From IMG/VR virus record IMGVR_UViG_3300048065_001187, positions 86,767 through 150,766 of that record: 64,000 nucleotides of DNA; one strand, 5' to 3'. The notes under the pieces were generated by a model that saw only the letters and a program-made list of their open reading frames with translations, had not been told where the DNA came from and did not search any database. Of the stretch, positions 1 through 10,921 are shown one piece after another. Positions within the stretch are counted from its first letter, which is position 1; each line of letters starts with the position of its first letter. The stretch comes from a virus. A program made the position numbers and the translations under genes.

Positions 1-2361
1 CAGATGATCTCACAAGCTAAGTCTTTTGCGACATCCTTGAACGACGAAGAAGTAGAGCCTGCTCACTTACTATTGGTTATATTAAATTCAGGAGATGCTT
101 TAGTTGATGATTTCCTTGCTAGCTTTGGGTTTACTGCTGATGAAGTCAAGGCATTTGTCACTACTTTTTGTGGCTTAAAAAAGAATGAAGACAATGACGA
201 GCAAGCTAAATTTTCAGAAGATTTTGCTATTGTTCTTTCTAAGGCTCATGAATTTTCTCAAGAAATCAATGATGACTATGTTGGTATAGAGCATTTCTTT
301 TTTATATTTTTAAATTCTTTTGATGGAGCATTGCATAGCTTTTTTAAAGCTTACGATGTTGATGTTCAAAATTTAGTTAAAACATTTATTCTTTTAATAA
401 AAAGTAGCGATCTCAATTTCCCTCAGACGGCAGTTAGTAATAAAACAACTCGCCCGCATGTTGCTCCTCAAAACAACAAAGAAAGTACATTAGAATCTTT
501 TTCAGTAAATTTAAACAGGCTTTCTACCGAAGGAAAGATAGGAAAAATTATAGGAAAAGATTATGAAATTGAAAGAGTGTGCGAAATTCTTTCAAGAAAA
601 ACCAAAAACAATGCTCTACTTATAGGGGATCCTGGCGTTGGTAAAACGGCTATAGTAGAAGGCTTAGCACACAAAATAGTATCAGGCAAAGTGCCTCCAT
701 ATCTTTTAGATAAAGAAGTTTATGCTGTAGACTTAGCCTCAATGATTGCGGGCACAAAGTATAGAGGTCAATTTGAGCAGAGAATTAAATCTCTTCTCTC
801 TGAGTGCAAAGACAAATCTAATGTTATTTTATTTATTGATGAAACGCATACCATTGTTGGGGCAGGAGGAGCAGAAGGGGCAATGGATGCGGCTAACATA
901 TTAAAACCTGCGCTTGCAAGAGGAGAAGTCACACTTATTGGAGCTACCACCTTCCCTGAGTTCAAAAAAAATATCGAAAAAGATGTTGCCTTGACTAGAA
1001 GATTTGAACCAATACATGTACAAGAGCCAAGTGTTGAAGAAACTTACTTGATATTAAAAGGATTAAAGAAGTCTTATGAAGAATTTCATGATGTAAAATA
1101 TCCAGTAAAAGTACTAAACCAAATCGTCCAGCTTTGCGATCTATATCTTCCTAATAAAAAATTCCCAGATAAAGCTATTGATGTACTAGATGAAGTTGGC
1201 GCTAAAGTAAAGATCAGAAACTTGACGCCTCCGAAAGAAATTCTTAATCTAGAAGATAAAATCTATGGAGCGATTGACGCTGATCCTAAGAATAGTGCAA
1301 TAGAAGAAGGGTTAATGAAGACATACGAAGACCTTTTGAATAATTGGAAGGCCGAACCTATTGAGCCTATCTCTTCTGATGATATTCTTTCTGTTATTTC
1401 TCAAAAAGCAAAAGTTCCTAAGGAAAATTTGGTGCATGAAAAAGATGATAGAACAAAGTCTATTCAAAAATCTCTTTCTAAATGCATAATCAATCAGCCA
1501 GACGCGGTTTCCTGCATGAGTAGATCTATACTTAGATCTAAAATAGGCTTAAAAGATAATAAAAAACCAATTGGTTCTTTCTTATTTTTAGGGGCCACGG
1601 GAGTTGGAAAAACTTGGAGTGCTAAGATGTTAGCTAAACATTACTTCGGCTCAGAAAAGAATATATTTCGTTTTGATATGTCAGAATATTCTGAAAAAGT
1701 ATCCTCATCTAAATTAATCGGTGCATCACCAGGATATGTTGGCTATGAAGAAGGCGGCCTGTTGATAGAGAACTTAAAAAAGAAGCCTCATTGTGTTCTT
1801 CTTTTTGATGAAATTGAAAAATCTCACCCAGAAGTTCAACAACTACTACTACAAGCTCTTGAAGAAGGAGAGATTGAAGATAACAGTGGTAATAAAGCCC
1901 ACTTTAAAGATACCATAATTATCTTAACAAGTAACATTGGGTCAGAGTTAACCACAAAATCTACCTTAGGCTTCGGACCTTCTGCAGAATCTAACACATC
2001 GAAGATACATGACGCCGCAAAGAAGATACTTAGCCCCGAATTAATAAATAGGCTAGATGAAATTGTAGTATTTAATCACTTGGAAGAAAAAGATTTACAT
2101 AAAATATTTAAAAATCAAATAAGAAATCTACAAACCAAGTTAAAATCAAAAAATATTAAAATAAATTATTCAGATGAAGTACTGGAGTTTATGTGTCACC
2201 AAGCTGCGTCCGAAAAAATGGGAGCAAGACCTCTAAAACGACTAATACAGCAGAATATAGAGGATCAAATTGTAGATTATTATTATAATAACGATATTAT
2301 TTCCAGTGCTTTGTTTAATTTTACAGTCGTAGGAGAAGAAATTAGATACAATATATCATAA
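1..2361 (+). CDS. clpC: ATP-dependent Clp protease ATP-binding subunit, ClpC/ClpA type (probably 5'-truncated by the window edge)
   Basis: Clp-N repeats (HLLL, EHFF). Two AAA+ modules: GDPGVGKT/FIDE and GATGVGKT/LLFDEIEK. GTKYRG and GYVG pore loops, LGF ClpP-docking loop, GARPLKR sensor 2. Frame is open from base 1. Confidence 0.93.
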   Translation, partial: QMISQAKSFATSLNDEEVEPAHLLLVILNSGDALVDDFLASFGFTADEVKAFVTTFCGLKKNEDNDEQAKFSEDFAIVLSKAHEFSQEINDDYVGIEHFFFIFLNSFDGALHSFFKAYDVDVQNLVKTFILLIKSSDLNFPQTAVSNKTTRPHVAPQNNKESTLESFSVNLNRLSTEGKIGKIIGKDYEIERVCEILSRKTKNNALLIGDPGVGKTAIVEGLAHKIVSGKVPPYLLDKEVYAVDLASMIAGTKYRGQFEQRIKSLLSECKDKSNVILFIDETHTIVGAGGAEGAMDAANILKPALARGEVTLIGATTFPEFKKNIEKDVALTRRFEPIHVQEPSVEETYLILKGLKKSYEEFHDVKYPVKVLNQIVQLCDLYLPNKKFPDKAIDVLDEVGAKVKIRNLTPPKEILNLEDKIYGAIDADPKNSAIEEGLMKTYEDLLNNWKAEPIEPISSDDILSVISQKAKVPKENLVHEKDDRTKSIQKSLSKCIINQPDAVSCMSRSILRSKIGLKDNKKPIGSFLFLGATGVGKTWSAKMLAKHYFGSEKNIFRFDMSEYSEKVSSSKLIGASPGYVGYEEGGLLIENLKKKPHCVLLFDEIEKSHPEVQQLLLQALEEGEIEDNSGNKAHFKDTIIILTSNIGSELTTKSTLGFGPSAESNTSKIHDAAKKILSPELINRLDEIVVFNHLEEKDLHKIFKNQIRNLQTKLKSKNIKINYSDEVLEFMCHQAASEKMGARPLKRLIQQNIEDQIVDYYYNNDIISSALFNFTVVGEEIRYNIS

Positions 2362-2388
2362 TTTATTGTTCAAGTGAGCCATATTATA

Positions 2389-2404
2389 GTGTATAATACT
2401 TATT
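2389..2404 (+). promoter_or_regulatory. GTGTA-type putative phage late promoter
   Basis: GTGTA at 2389-2393, 11 nt before the ATG. The motif recurs before about 11 genes. Confidence 0.55.
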
Positions 2405-5400
2405 ATGGCTGACAAAAAAATTTCTGAATTTCCTATATTTAGCGGCAAGCAAGACGACGATACATTTTACATTATAGCTAGTGGTGATGCCGAAAATAAT
2501 AAGGCACAAAATTATAAAATTAGTTTTACAGGGCTTGCAGACGAAGTATTTAAGACTTACCCAGAATACATAAGTGGGGCAACAGGAGCTTTTGCTGAGT
2601 CATTAACAATCAGCGGGCTCCCAGTTCTTACTGGGTTTGATATTGATGGAGGTAGCTCGATTATTGCTGGCACTACAGAAGAAATATCATTTGGAGGAAC
2701 AGATCCTAGTGATACTCGCGAAGTTTCTTTTCAGCAAGGTGGCGAAACCAAGCTAGCTATCAACGAAGATGGAGATGTTGAAATATCTCAATCTTTAAAC
2801 ATTACAGAGTCCGCTAATATTGCTGGAGGCTTAACGGTCCAGGAAGGTTCAACTACGATTTTAAATGGTCCAACCAAGATTAATGATACATTAACAGTTG
2901 ATGATGGAGTGTCAACGCTATTAGGGGGAGCTTTGACTGTCACTGATATAACCAGAATCGACGGTGCTACAACAATTAATAACACATTAACAGTTGAAGA
3001 CGGATCAAGCACAACTCTTGGCGGCACACTTACAGTCAAAGATGGAGCAACTTTAAGTAAAACATTAAGCGTTGCTGATGCTACCACTCTTAAGAGCACT
3101 TTGACGGTTGAGGACGGAAACAAAACAACCCTTGGCGGTGAGCTTACTGTTAAAGAAAAAGGTAGTTTTGCGAAGAATGTTAGTGTTGGCACAGATTTAT
3201 CTGTTGGCGGAGAATTGACGGTTGGCGGCACAACCTTAACGAATCTTTTAGCAGGGGTCAGCATTGATTCGCTGGAAGATATAGAAGATGTTACTCTCAC
3301 AAGCATAGCTGATGGTGATATTTTGAAATGGGATGGCTCTAAATGGGTAAATGTAGATGCTCTTGGAGATATTACCACGGCTCTTGCTGGGAAAGCTAAC
3401 TCAAGCCATGCATTATCTTCTCATTCGGATGTTAGCACAACAAGTGCTTCTAGTGGTCAAGTTTTAAAATGGAATGGCAGCGAATGGGCTCCTGCTGCTG
3501 ATGATGCTGGTTTATCTTCGGTAGAGTGGAGTCAAGTCAGCAACAAGCCTGCCACTTTTGATCCAGTAAGCCATACTCATGCGATATCTGACATTACGAA
3601 TCTAAGCACTCAATTGGATTCTAAAGCTAGCTCAAGCCATACTCATGCGATATCTGAGATTACGGATCTAAGCACTCAATTGGATTCTAAAGCTAGCTCA
3701 AGCCATACTCATGCGATATCTGAGATTACGGATCTAAGCACTCAATTGGCCGCTAAAGCTAACTCAAGCCATACTCATTCTTGGGGCGATATTTCAGGTG
3801 GAGATTTCAATTCTTTAAGCAATTTTAATACAACTATAAAATTTGATATCTCTGATTATCTTGCGGTTTCTGATTCGGGCGGAAACAATGTAAGAAAAAT
3901 TACCGTAGAAGATTTGATACAGCTCCACAATGCTGAAAAAACTAAAGAGCAGCTTGATGCCAGTGATACTGATGAGCAAACCCTACTTGATCCTACTGAA
4001 GCTATTGAAGTCGACCCTGATGAAGGAGGAGGGGTACAGGTAGAATTTGATGCTGTAGAAGGTCGATGTGTTTTAGCAAATGATCCACCCCTTACATTAA
4101 GTAATTTCAAACAATTAATCGATCCATTTGGTGGGTTAAAATTGAATCCTACATATGGCACACCTGATGGAAATGGTTGCAGATCCTATAGTTATACTAT
4201 CGCTGTTGATGATAGTGGTTCGGCGGCAACAGAATATACTTTACTTTTAGGTAAGCATGATGATATAGATATCAAAGGATCATCGACACCTGTTAGTGTT
4301 CGTGGCCATGCTTTGCATGGAAGAGATCCTAGTGATAATGATGGAGGATTTGGTACTGAAGGAAAAGTCTTTGATGCCAGTGCCACTGATACTTCATTTG
4401 TTACTAATCTTGTGTCTGCTGAGAATGATATCTACAAAGATAGACCTTTAGAAATCAATGGGCAAGTACGTACTATATCTTCTTACAATGGAACCACAAA
4501 AGTCGTAACATTAAGCAGTGCATTAACTAGTGCTCCATCAAATGATACTGCTTTTACGATAAAAAATACAATGAGTTATCATGGATTACTAGATCCTAAT
4601 GTTAACACCAACTTTATCTTTATGGGTTATAAGCCGCAAAATGATACCGGCCTTGGCACAGCCATTACTAGTTTTGATGACAATAGTTGGAAGCCTAGCG
4701 GTACTCAGACAAATGTGTATGTTGACAATGGATATGTTGAACGAGACACAATCAAGGCTAAAGAGTTTTTTGAATATAGCCCAACACCCGTAAAAAGAAG
4801 GTCGGATGACGGAGAGTTTGCTCCGTGGATGGTTGCTCAAGCACACAATAGCTCAACAGCTTACAAAAGATTAAGTTTAGTGACTAGTGGTGGAGTATGG
4901 TATCTAGCAACTAGATATGTTCCTGCGAATACATCTATTTCAAATACAATTTATTGGCAGGTAAGAGATGGAAATAGGCCTTGGGATTTTAATAGAATAG
5001 TAAAACATAATGGCAATTATTATATTGCAAAAAATCCAGGCGGTGCAGGAACTGATCATACAAATACTACTGATTGGCATCAATTGACTACAGATCAATT
5101 AAACAATCCAGTATTAGATGTGCCTTGTAACAATAGGGCTGAAGCTGTTTTTTATAATAGACATAACAGTGGTTTTGCTTTTAAATCCAGCCCAGACTCT
5201 AATGTTGTCGCTCAACCTTTTATTAGCTGGCAAGGTATTCGTACCTATATCAATGTTTTTCTTTCGAATGCCAGTAAAATAACGGTACTCGTACGAGACC
5301 CTAACTTACCAACTGATCATTATGCCGATTATAGTTATGTGGATCAAAAAAACGGCGGAGGGTCGTTGATGATCCATGGTGGTGTTTATATTGGAAATCC

Positions 5401-6718
5401 TCAATGTATTTTTTCTTTTTGTAGTCCAATTATTAAAAAACCAAGAAAATATAAAATAGATCTTTCTGCACAAACATCAACAGGCATACAAACACCGGGA
5501 TTTAGCCGTGGTAATATGCATATTTTTCTTTGGTTTACAGGACCAGGTCATTCACATACTACATTGTCGAATATATATTTTAAGATTTACGGCCAAAATG
5601 AGGGTGCAAGTGATGGACATGGTTCTTTTAATTTTATGCGTGTTGATACTGGTACATCAGGTGATATTTCTGGAGTGACTTATGATTTAACCGAGGCTGC
5701 AACTTCTGCATCTAATTATTTTACAGCTATTACTCTTTATGGCGGCACTACAGGCATGTGGAATTTGAACAACAGTAGTGCATACACTGCATACAGAACA
5801 CTTGGCCCTGACGGCACATTTTCATGGCAAAAAACCATGACCTTTGATACAGCTGCAGGAGCGGATGCAGGAACCACATCATCTTATGCCTTGGCGGAAC
5901 TAGAAGGCGCTTGCGGATTTAGTTCAGAAGTTCATGGCAATCAATATATTAGATTTAGATTTCTGGAGCTAACCAATGGGTGTGAAGGATTCAGGATTTT
6001 TCACTGGAACACTGCGAATTATTCGCACTTTACATCTAATGGTTTTAGATTTTCTCCGATAACCGCTAATTCAAGCACTCGATTGTTTGGAGACTTTGGT
6101 TCTTACGTATTTGCTGTTAATGCCAGCAATGGTACAACTCTATATCATGCCACCCCAGCGGCGGTTTTATCTAGTACAACTCAAGCATTAGATGAAATAG
6201 GAGATGGTAGCCAATATTTTATATGGCTTGCGGCAAATAAAACTTGGGCATATCTGCCAGTGATGGATGGACCTAATACTTCTGCAAATTATTATAATAA
6301 TAATATGGGTGAAATGTCGGGAACAAGTAAAGCTTATTGGCCATCTGCCCCTACACGCACAGGTACCAGTTATGCGGCATTTACAACAGATGTTACTTTA
6401 TATAAAGATTCAGCCACCACAACAAGCACTACCTTAACTACTTATTTCACGGGTGCGCCAATGTTAACTAACCAAACATTAATAAATATAGGCGCCAAGG
6501 CTTTTGCTATAGGCAACGACGGATTGTTCCTGGGTGATGCAGGAGGTGCTGCTGCTGGCAACATAACTAATGTGGTTAGCGGAACCTCAATAGTACCAAC
6601 CGTAAGCAGTAACTTTCTTGATAATTCAGCAATTGTAGCTCAATCTTTATCTGATAACATAGTGATTGCAACAACTAATGTAACCGCATTGTCAAGTAAA
6701 TCTTATACTGTATCTTAA
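2405..6718 (+). CDS. Long tail fibre protein
   Basis: N-terminal KISEFP motif, G/T-rich beta repeats (LGGxLTV), DILKWDGSKWVN and QVLKWNGSEWAP fibre motifs, tandem HxH repeats. Confidence 0.8.
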   Translation: MADKKISEFPIFSGKQDDDTFYIIASGDAENNKAQNYKISFTGLADEVFKTYPEYISGATGAFAESLTISGLPVLTGFDIDGGSSIIAGTTEEISFGGTDPSDTREVSFQQGGETKLAINEDGDVEISQSLNITESANIAGGLTVQEGSTTILNGPTKINDTLTVDDGVSTLLGGALTVTDITRIDGATTINNTLTVEDGSSTTLGGTLTVKDGATLSKTLSVADATTLKSTLTVEDGNKTTLGGELTVKEKGSFAKNVSVGTDLSVGGELTVGGTTLTNLLAGVSIDSLEDIEDVTLTSIADGDILKWDGSKWVNVDALGDITTALAGKANSSHALSSHSDVSTTSASSGQVLKWNGSEWAPAADDAGLSSVEWSQVSNKPATFDPVSHTHAISDITNLSTQLDSKASSSHTHAISEITDLSTQLDSKASSSHTHAISEITDLSTQLAAKANSSHTHSWGDISGGDFNSLSNFNTTIKFDISDYLAVSDSGGNNVRKITVEDLIQLHNAEKTKEQLDASDTDEQTLLDPTEAIEVDPDEGGGVQVEFDAVEGRCVLANDPPLTLSNFKQLIDPFGGLKLNPTYGTPDGNGCRSYSYTIAVDDSGSAATEYTLLLGKHDDIDIKGSSTPVSVRGHALHGRDPSDNDGGFGTEGKVFDASATDTSFVTNLVSAENDIYKDRPLEINGQVRTISSYNGTTKVVTLSSALTSAPSNDTAFTIKNTMSYHGLLDPNVNTNFIFMGYKPQNDTGLGTAITSFDDNSWKPSGTQTNVYVDNGYVERDTIKAKEFFEYSPTPVKRRSDDGEFAPWMVAQAHNSSTAYKRLSLVTSGGVWYLATRYVPANTSISNTIYWQVRDGNRPWDFNRIVKHNGNYYIAKNPGGAGTDHTNTTDWHQLTTDQLNNPVLDVPCNNRAEAVFYNRHNSGFAFKSSPDSNVVAQPFISWQGIRTYINVFLSNASKITVLVRDPNLPTDHYADYSYVDQKNGGGSLMIHGGVYIGNPQCIFSFCSPIIKKPRKYKIDLSAQTSTGIQTPGFSRGNMHIFLWFTGPGHSHTTLSNIYFKIYGQNEGASDGHGSFNFMRVDTGTSGDISGVTYDLTEAATSASNYFTAITLYGGTTGMWNLNNSSAYTAYRTLGPDGTFSWQKTMTFDTAAGADAGTTSSYALAELEGACGFSSEVHGNQYIRFRFLELTNGCEGFRIFHWNTANYSHFTSNGFRFSPITANSSTRLFGDFGSYVFAVNASNGTTLYHATPAAVLSSTTQALDEIGDGSQYFIWLAANKTWAYLPVMDGPNTSANYYNNNMGEMSGTSKAYWPSAPTRTGTSYAAFTTDVTLYKDSATTTSTTLTTYFTGAPMLTNQTLINIGAKAFAIGNDGLFLGDAGGAAAGNITNVVSGTSIVPTVSSNFLDNSAIVAQSLSDNIVIATTNVTALSSKSYTVS
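3569..3778 (+). repeat. 66-nt in-frame tandem repeat (3 full copies plus a partial; SHTHAISxITxLSTQLDSKASS)
   Basis: Copies start at 3569, 3635, 3701 and 3767 and are near-identical at DNA level. Confidence 0.95.
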
Positions 6719-6721
6719 TTT

Positions 6722-9619
6722 ATGCCTAATAATAGAAAAATTACAGATCTTCCTAGTATTGTACCTAGGTCAGATTTAAAGTTTGTAGTCGCCACCGATG
6801 CAAACAATTTTTCTGTTTCTCTGGGCGACATTAGCACAAATATTACTGAGCAGCTTCCCGCTGATTTGATCGGACAAGATGATCTTATTGCAAGTGGTAA
6901 TTTTTTACATAATTATATAGATGATATCAATGACGCATTGGTCGCGGCTGATAATCTTTTAAATTTAGATTTAGATTCTTTAAGCGGGGCATTAAATACC
7001 ACCGAGTCTGAACTGCAAGACAAGATTGATATTGTATCAGGCGACTTATTTACTACTGGTCAGTATTTGTATACTGCTATTGAGACGGTTAGTGGAGATT
7101 TGCTTGCTAGCGGTACATTGATCAATCAAGGTTTTGATTCCGTTTATCAAAATATTGCATCTACTGGGGCCAGCCTCTCTGGAAGTCTTTCTGCTACCGG
7201 AGAGGCATTGAAATCGCAACTCGATCTAGTTGTTGACGAACAGGGAAATCTAAATAATCAATTATTTGATTCGTTTAATTCTCAATTTGGTGGAACATAT
7301 ATATATTTTTCTGATTTAGAAAATAAACTTGGGCCAACAATAAAAACTTTTTACGAGACCCCTACTCAAGATATATTTTTATCAGGTGTTACAGTTGATT
7401 CCGCTCGTCGCTGCAAGGCTTATCTTCGTTGGGATGGCCCAGCAAACGAGTACATGGGGACAGGATACATCAATGGCCAACAGATACCTTTTCAAAATAT
7501 ACGTGAATTAGGCACACAAACTCGTCGCTTTGAAGGTTTTATAGATAATTTAGATTTGCGGGGCAAGACAGAAATTACTGGTGCAGTTAATAACATAACA
7601 GGCTATATCAGCTTAAGAGAATTAGGTACTGGTCCTAGTGCTACATCCGTAGAAATAAATGATATTTTTTCAGCCACACCAAAAGCTGGTACAGAGTTAG
7701 GAAATGATGCATTAAAAGAAGGTGATGTTATTGATATACAAGTAACATATCCTAGTGGGCTTTTTGATAGCCACGATACTTCTGTTAGTGGCATTCAGGT
7801 TATGAATGAAGGTATATCAGATGGTACAAGTTTCGTGGCATATACTCCTGCAGTCTTAGGAGATGGTTCGCGTTTGTATACAGTGCCAGTAACTATTTCT
7901 AACCGAGATGGGATTGATCAAAATGTTAGTGTCAGAGCATTAAATAATTTTGGCTCAACGGGAATCATAAATGCATCTTCCAATGTTATTCCTTTGGATC
8001 AAACATATCCTGTTATCACAGCCGCTGATCCTTTATCTTATAATGGAAGGTCTGATGGATTGAGGCAAGGAGAGTCTACCACATTTACTAATAATATTTC
8101 TGATTTTGATGAGTTTGCTGATACTGTTAGTTATACTCCGATATTAACTGATGGATGCTTAGTGGACATCAACAACCCTGACACTTTTGAGGCGACTAAA
8201 ACTGTATCTTATGTACAGGGAACATTTACTGACTCAGATAATGTTGAAATTTATGCGGTGCGTAGTTCTAATGGTGCAAATGACACTGAATATGTTTCCG
8301 TAAAAGTAGCGAACGGTATGAGCGTTGAATCCTCAGAAATTATCACTCCAGCTATATCCACAAATTCTCCAAATTTAATTGGTACTACTGATTTAAAAGG
8401 TGGAGACACTGTTAACGTTGAAGTAGAAATTGATGTTAAAGATGTTGCTGCTAACACTATACAGATAAAGGTATTAAATTCTGGTATTTCGGATGGTAGT
8501 CAAACTTCTTTTTCTAGTTATAGTTTTGTTTCGGTAGCTGGAAATGTCTATAAATATACGATCCCAGTAAAAGTAACAAGTAGTAACTCAAGAAACGGCA
8601 ATCAATCAGTTATTATTCAGGCAAGAAATAGCTTTGGAGTTTTAAGTGCTGAATACACATCCGACAATACTGCCTCAGTTGACAATGTCGGGCCATCTAT
8701 TTCATTCAACAGCATTACTTATCCAGCTAATCAGCAAGCAATTAAGTCTGGCGAATCGGTGACAGTTGCTCACAGTATTTCAAATTATGATTCTGTCGCT
8801 TATGATAGCCCAAATGGGCAATTAACTATTGCTAATACTTCTGCGTTCGAATCCAATAAAGTTTGTGATTACAACTTAGGAGGGTACAACATATCGAGTG
8901 CCAACTTTAGAGCGACTGCCACAAAAACCACAAATGGAATAGTAGAATCTAATACTGAGGTTGTCTTTATTGCTAATACACCAATGACCTTAACAATCAG
9001 CGGCTTAGCATCCAAGTTAATTAGCTCTAATAGCGGGCAAAATTACAACTTTTCTTTAAATTCTAATCAAAAATACAATGCTTTCCCAACACTCAGTGTT
9101 GACTCTAGCCAAACAACTCCATCCTCACTGACACATACAAGTCAAAGCACCAATGGAACCAATTCTTTTCGGATTAATGTTAATGACTCACACACCAAAG
9201 GAATATTTAATTGGCAGGTTTCTGCATTTAATTTAGCGGGCATTGAAACAACCACGGTTAGTCCATCAACATATAATATTGAAGGATTTAACTCAAGGGA
9301 TATATTTGCTAGCCCCCAATCTTTATCTGCTGGGCTTGCTTCTATCGGTACATCAGTTACTAATCCAAATAATGTTGATCTAGAAAATACTAGTGAGGGT
9401 GGCACTGGTCCAAATGGTGGCACAATTTATACATACAAATCTATAGCAAATGGAACGCAATTAGATTTTACTTTTGATTTTAATAATGAATTTACCGTTT
9501 GCGATTCTTCTGGCGTGACAGATAGCAATGGCGATCATATATTTAATCTAGACGCACTCTCGAGAGCTGCTAATACAGATGTTAATAACCCTGCAAAATA
9601 TATAGTTAGCGAGGATTGA
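6722..9619 (+). CDS. Virion structural protein (coiled-coil SG/TG region followed by beta-rich, Ig-like repeats)
   Basis: N-terminal RKITDLP motif like the upstream fibre. Duplicated module (LKxGDxxxxxV...VxNxGISDG...YTxPV...AxNxFG). Operon context. Confidence 0.65.
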   Translation: MPNNRKITDLPSIVPRSDLKFVVATDANNFSVSLGDISTNITEQLPADLIGQDDLIASGNFLHNYIDDINDALVAADNLLNLDLDSLSGALNTTESELQDKIDIVSGDLFTTGQYLYTAIETVSGDLLASGTLINQGFDSVYQNIASTGASLSGSLSATGEALKSQLDLVVDEQGNLNNQLFDSFNSQFGGTYIYFSDLENKLGPTIKTFYETPTQDIFLSGVTVDSARRCKAYLRWDGPANEYMGTGYINGQQIPFQNIRELGTQTRRFEGFIDNLDLRGKTEITGAVNNITGYISLRELGTGPSATSVEINDIFSATPKAGTELGNDALKEGDVIDIQVTYPSGLFDSHDTSVSGIQVMNEGISDGTSFVAYTPAVLGDGSRLYTVPVTISNRDGIDQNVSVRALNNFGSTGIINASSNVIPLDQTYPVITAADPLSYNGRSDGLRQGESTTFTNNISDFDEFADTVSYTPILTDGCLVDINNPDTFEATKTVSYVQGTFTDSDNVEIYAVRSSNGANDTEYVSVKVANGMSVESSEIITPAISTNSPNLIGTTDLKGGDTVNVEVEIDVKDVAANTIQIKVLNSGISDGSQTSFSSYSFVSVAGNVYKYTIPVKVTSSNSRNGNQSVIIQARNSFGVLSAEYTSDNTASVDNVGPSISFNSITYPANQQAIKSGESVTVAHSISNYDSVAYDSPNGQLTIANTSAFESNKVCDYNLGGYNISSANFRATATKTTNGIVESNTEVVFIANTPMTLTISGLASKLISSNSGQNYNFSLNSNQKYNAFPTLSVDSSQTTPSSLTHTSQSTNGTNSFRINVNDSHTKGIFNWQVSAFNLAGIETTTVSPSTYNIEGFNSRDIFASPQSLSAGLASIGTSVTNPNNVDLENTSEGGTGPNGGTIYTYKSIANGTQLDFTFDFNNEFTVCDSSGVTDSNGDHIFNLDALSRAANTDVNNPAKYIVSED

Positions 9620-9620
9620 T

Positions 9621-10916
9621 ATGGGTGCTTTTGAAGATTTCGTAAATGCTAACTTGGGGATTAGAAAGCCCTTAATTTTTGATTTTGCTCCTCCAACTGG
9701 TGCAGGAAAAAGCTTAAAAGCTGCCGGCGTTAGGGGGGCACATTTCTTAGATTTAAATAGTAATTTTCTTTACGAAAAAACTGGTGAAAATAATAATGTT
9801 GACTGGGTAAAGATTGCTAAGCTCGGTGATTCCAGGGGAGAGCCTGGCGGTACAGATACTAATATACAATTCGTTAGTGGCGATAAACTAGCAGGCTCAG
9901 AGCACTTAATATATAATTACGAAAATAATCAATTAAGCGGCACAAGCGGACACTTTGATTACTTTACTGCGGATGATGCGGTGTTCTCTAATGATGTGCA
10001 TGTTTCTGGGGACTTACATATCAGCGGTAAAACATATGTCAATGAAATCCTTGACTATACAGTTACCGGCACGATTAGTGGCCATAGCGGAATATATCAT
10101 TATCTGCAATCGGATTATATTACGGGTAATACTGGGCATTTTCTTGATGAAGTTATTGTTGGTGAAGCGGGCGAGGATGATGGAATCATATTGGATGGTG
10201 GTAATATTATTGCTGGTGGCAATTTTGAAATGTCTGGAGATCTTGTTGTCAGTGGCAGAAACGTTATTCAGGGTCTTGATGAAGTTAGTGGTTTCGCTAA
10301 GTCCGGCATTGATCGGCTGCAAGGAGGGCTAGGAGAAGTTAGTGGTTTCGCAGAATCAGGTATCAGTGGATTGCGAGATGGATTAAGTGGGGTCAGTGGT
10401 TTTGCGGAGTCTGGCATCAGTGGCTTGAATGATAATCTAGTTTTTGTAAGCGGGGAATCATTGGCAAATTTTGTTGCCCTAGGAGACGACATAGATGTCT
10501 TAGAGGACGATTTACTCATAGTAAGTGGTGAATCTCTTGCTAATACTATTGCACTTAGCGATGATATTACAATCGTTTCTGACGATGTTGTTACTATAAG
10601 TGGCCTTAGTACTGCAAATTTTGTGGCATTGAGCGATGATGTTTCTTTAATTAATTCCAGTTTACCTTTTTTGTTTTCTTTAGAAATTCCTCAGAATATA
10701 TCGTCGAGTGGTATTAAATTTCTGGATTTAGGCAATGGTACTAATTATATTATTCCCCCTCAAGTGCATGCAAACATGACATCTACTGGTTCGGTTTCAT
10801 ATATTTATGATTATTATATTCACGATATCACAACCACTGGATTTCATATTGATTTTAGCGATGTAATTTCAGAGAGTGGACATTCTATTGATCTTGCAAT
10901 CTTTAAAAAAGCATAA
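9621..10916 (+). CDS. Fibre-like structural protein with SG repeats and a C-terminal H-lectin/gp53-like beta domain
   Basis: PGGTDTNIQF motif, 18-aa VSGFAESGISGL repeats, about 25-aa VSGESLAN repeats, C-terminal PPQV...ITTTGF. Confidence 0.6.
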   Translation: MGAFEDFVNANLGIRKPLIFDFAPPTGAGKSLKAAGVRGAHFLDLNSNFLYEKTGENNNVDWVKIAKLGDSRGEPGGTDTNIQFVSGDKLAGSEHLIYNYENNQLSGTSGHFDYFTADDAVFSNDVHVSGDLHISGKTYVNEILDYTVTGTISGHSGIYHYLQSDYITGNTGHFLDEVIVGEAGEDDGIILDGGNIIAGGNFEMSGDLVVSGRNVIQGLDEVSGFAKSGIDRLQGGLGEVSGFAESGISGLRDGLSGVSGFAESGISGLNDNLVFVSGESLANFVALGDDIDVLEDDLLIVSGESLANTIALSDDITIVSDDVVTISGLSTANFVALSDDVSLINSSLPFLFSLEIPQNISSSGIKFLDLGNGTNYIIPPQVHANMTSTGSVSYIYDYYIHDITTTGFHIDFSDVISESGHSIDLAIFKKA

Positions 10917-10921
10917 ATATC

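Noticed and set aside
3569-3778. Possible CRISPR array
   Set aside because: Contiguous in-frame 66-nt coding repeats with no unique spacers, and no cas genes.
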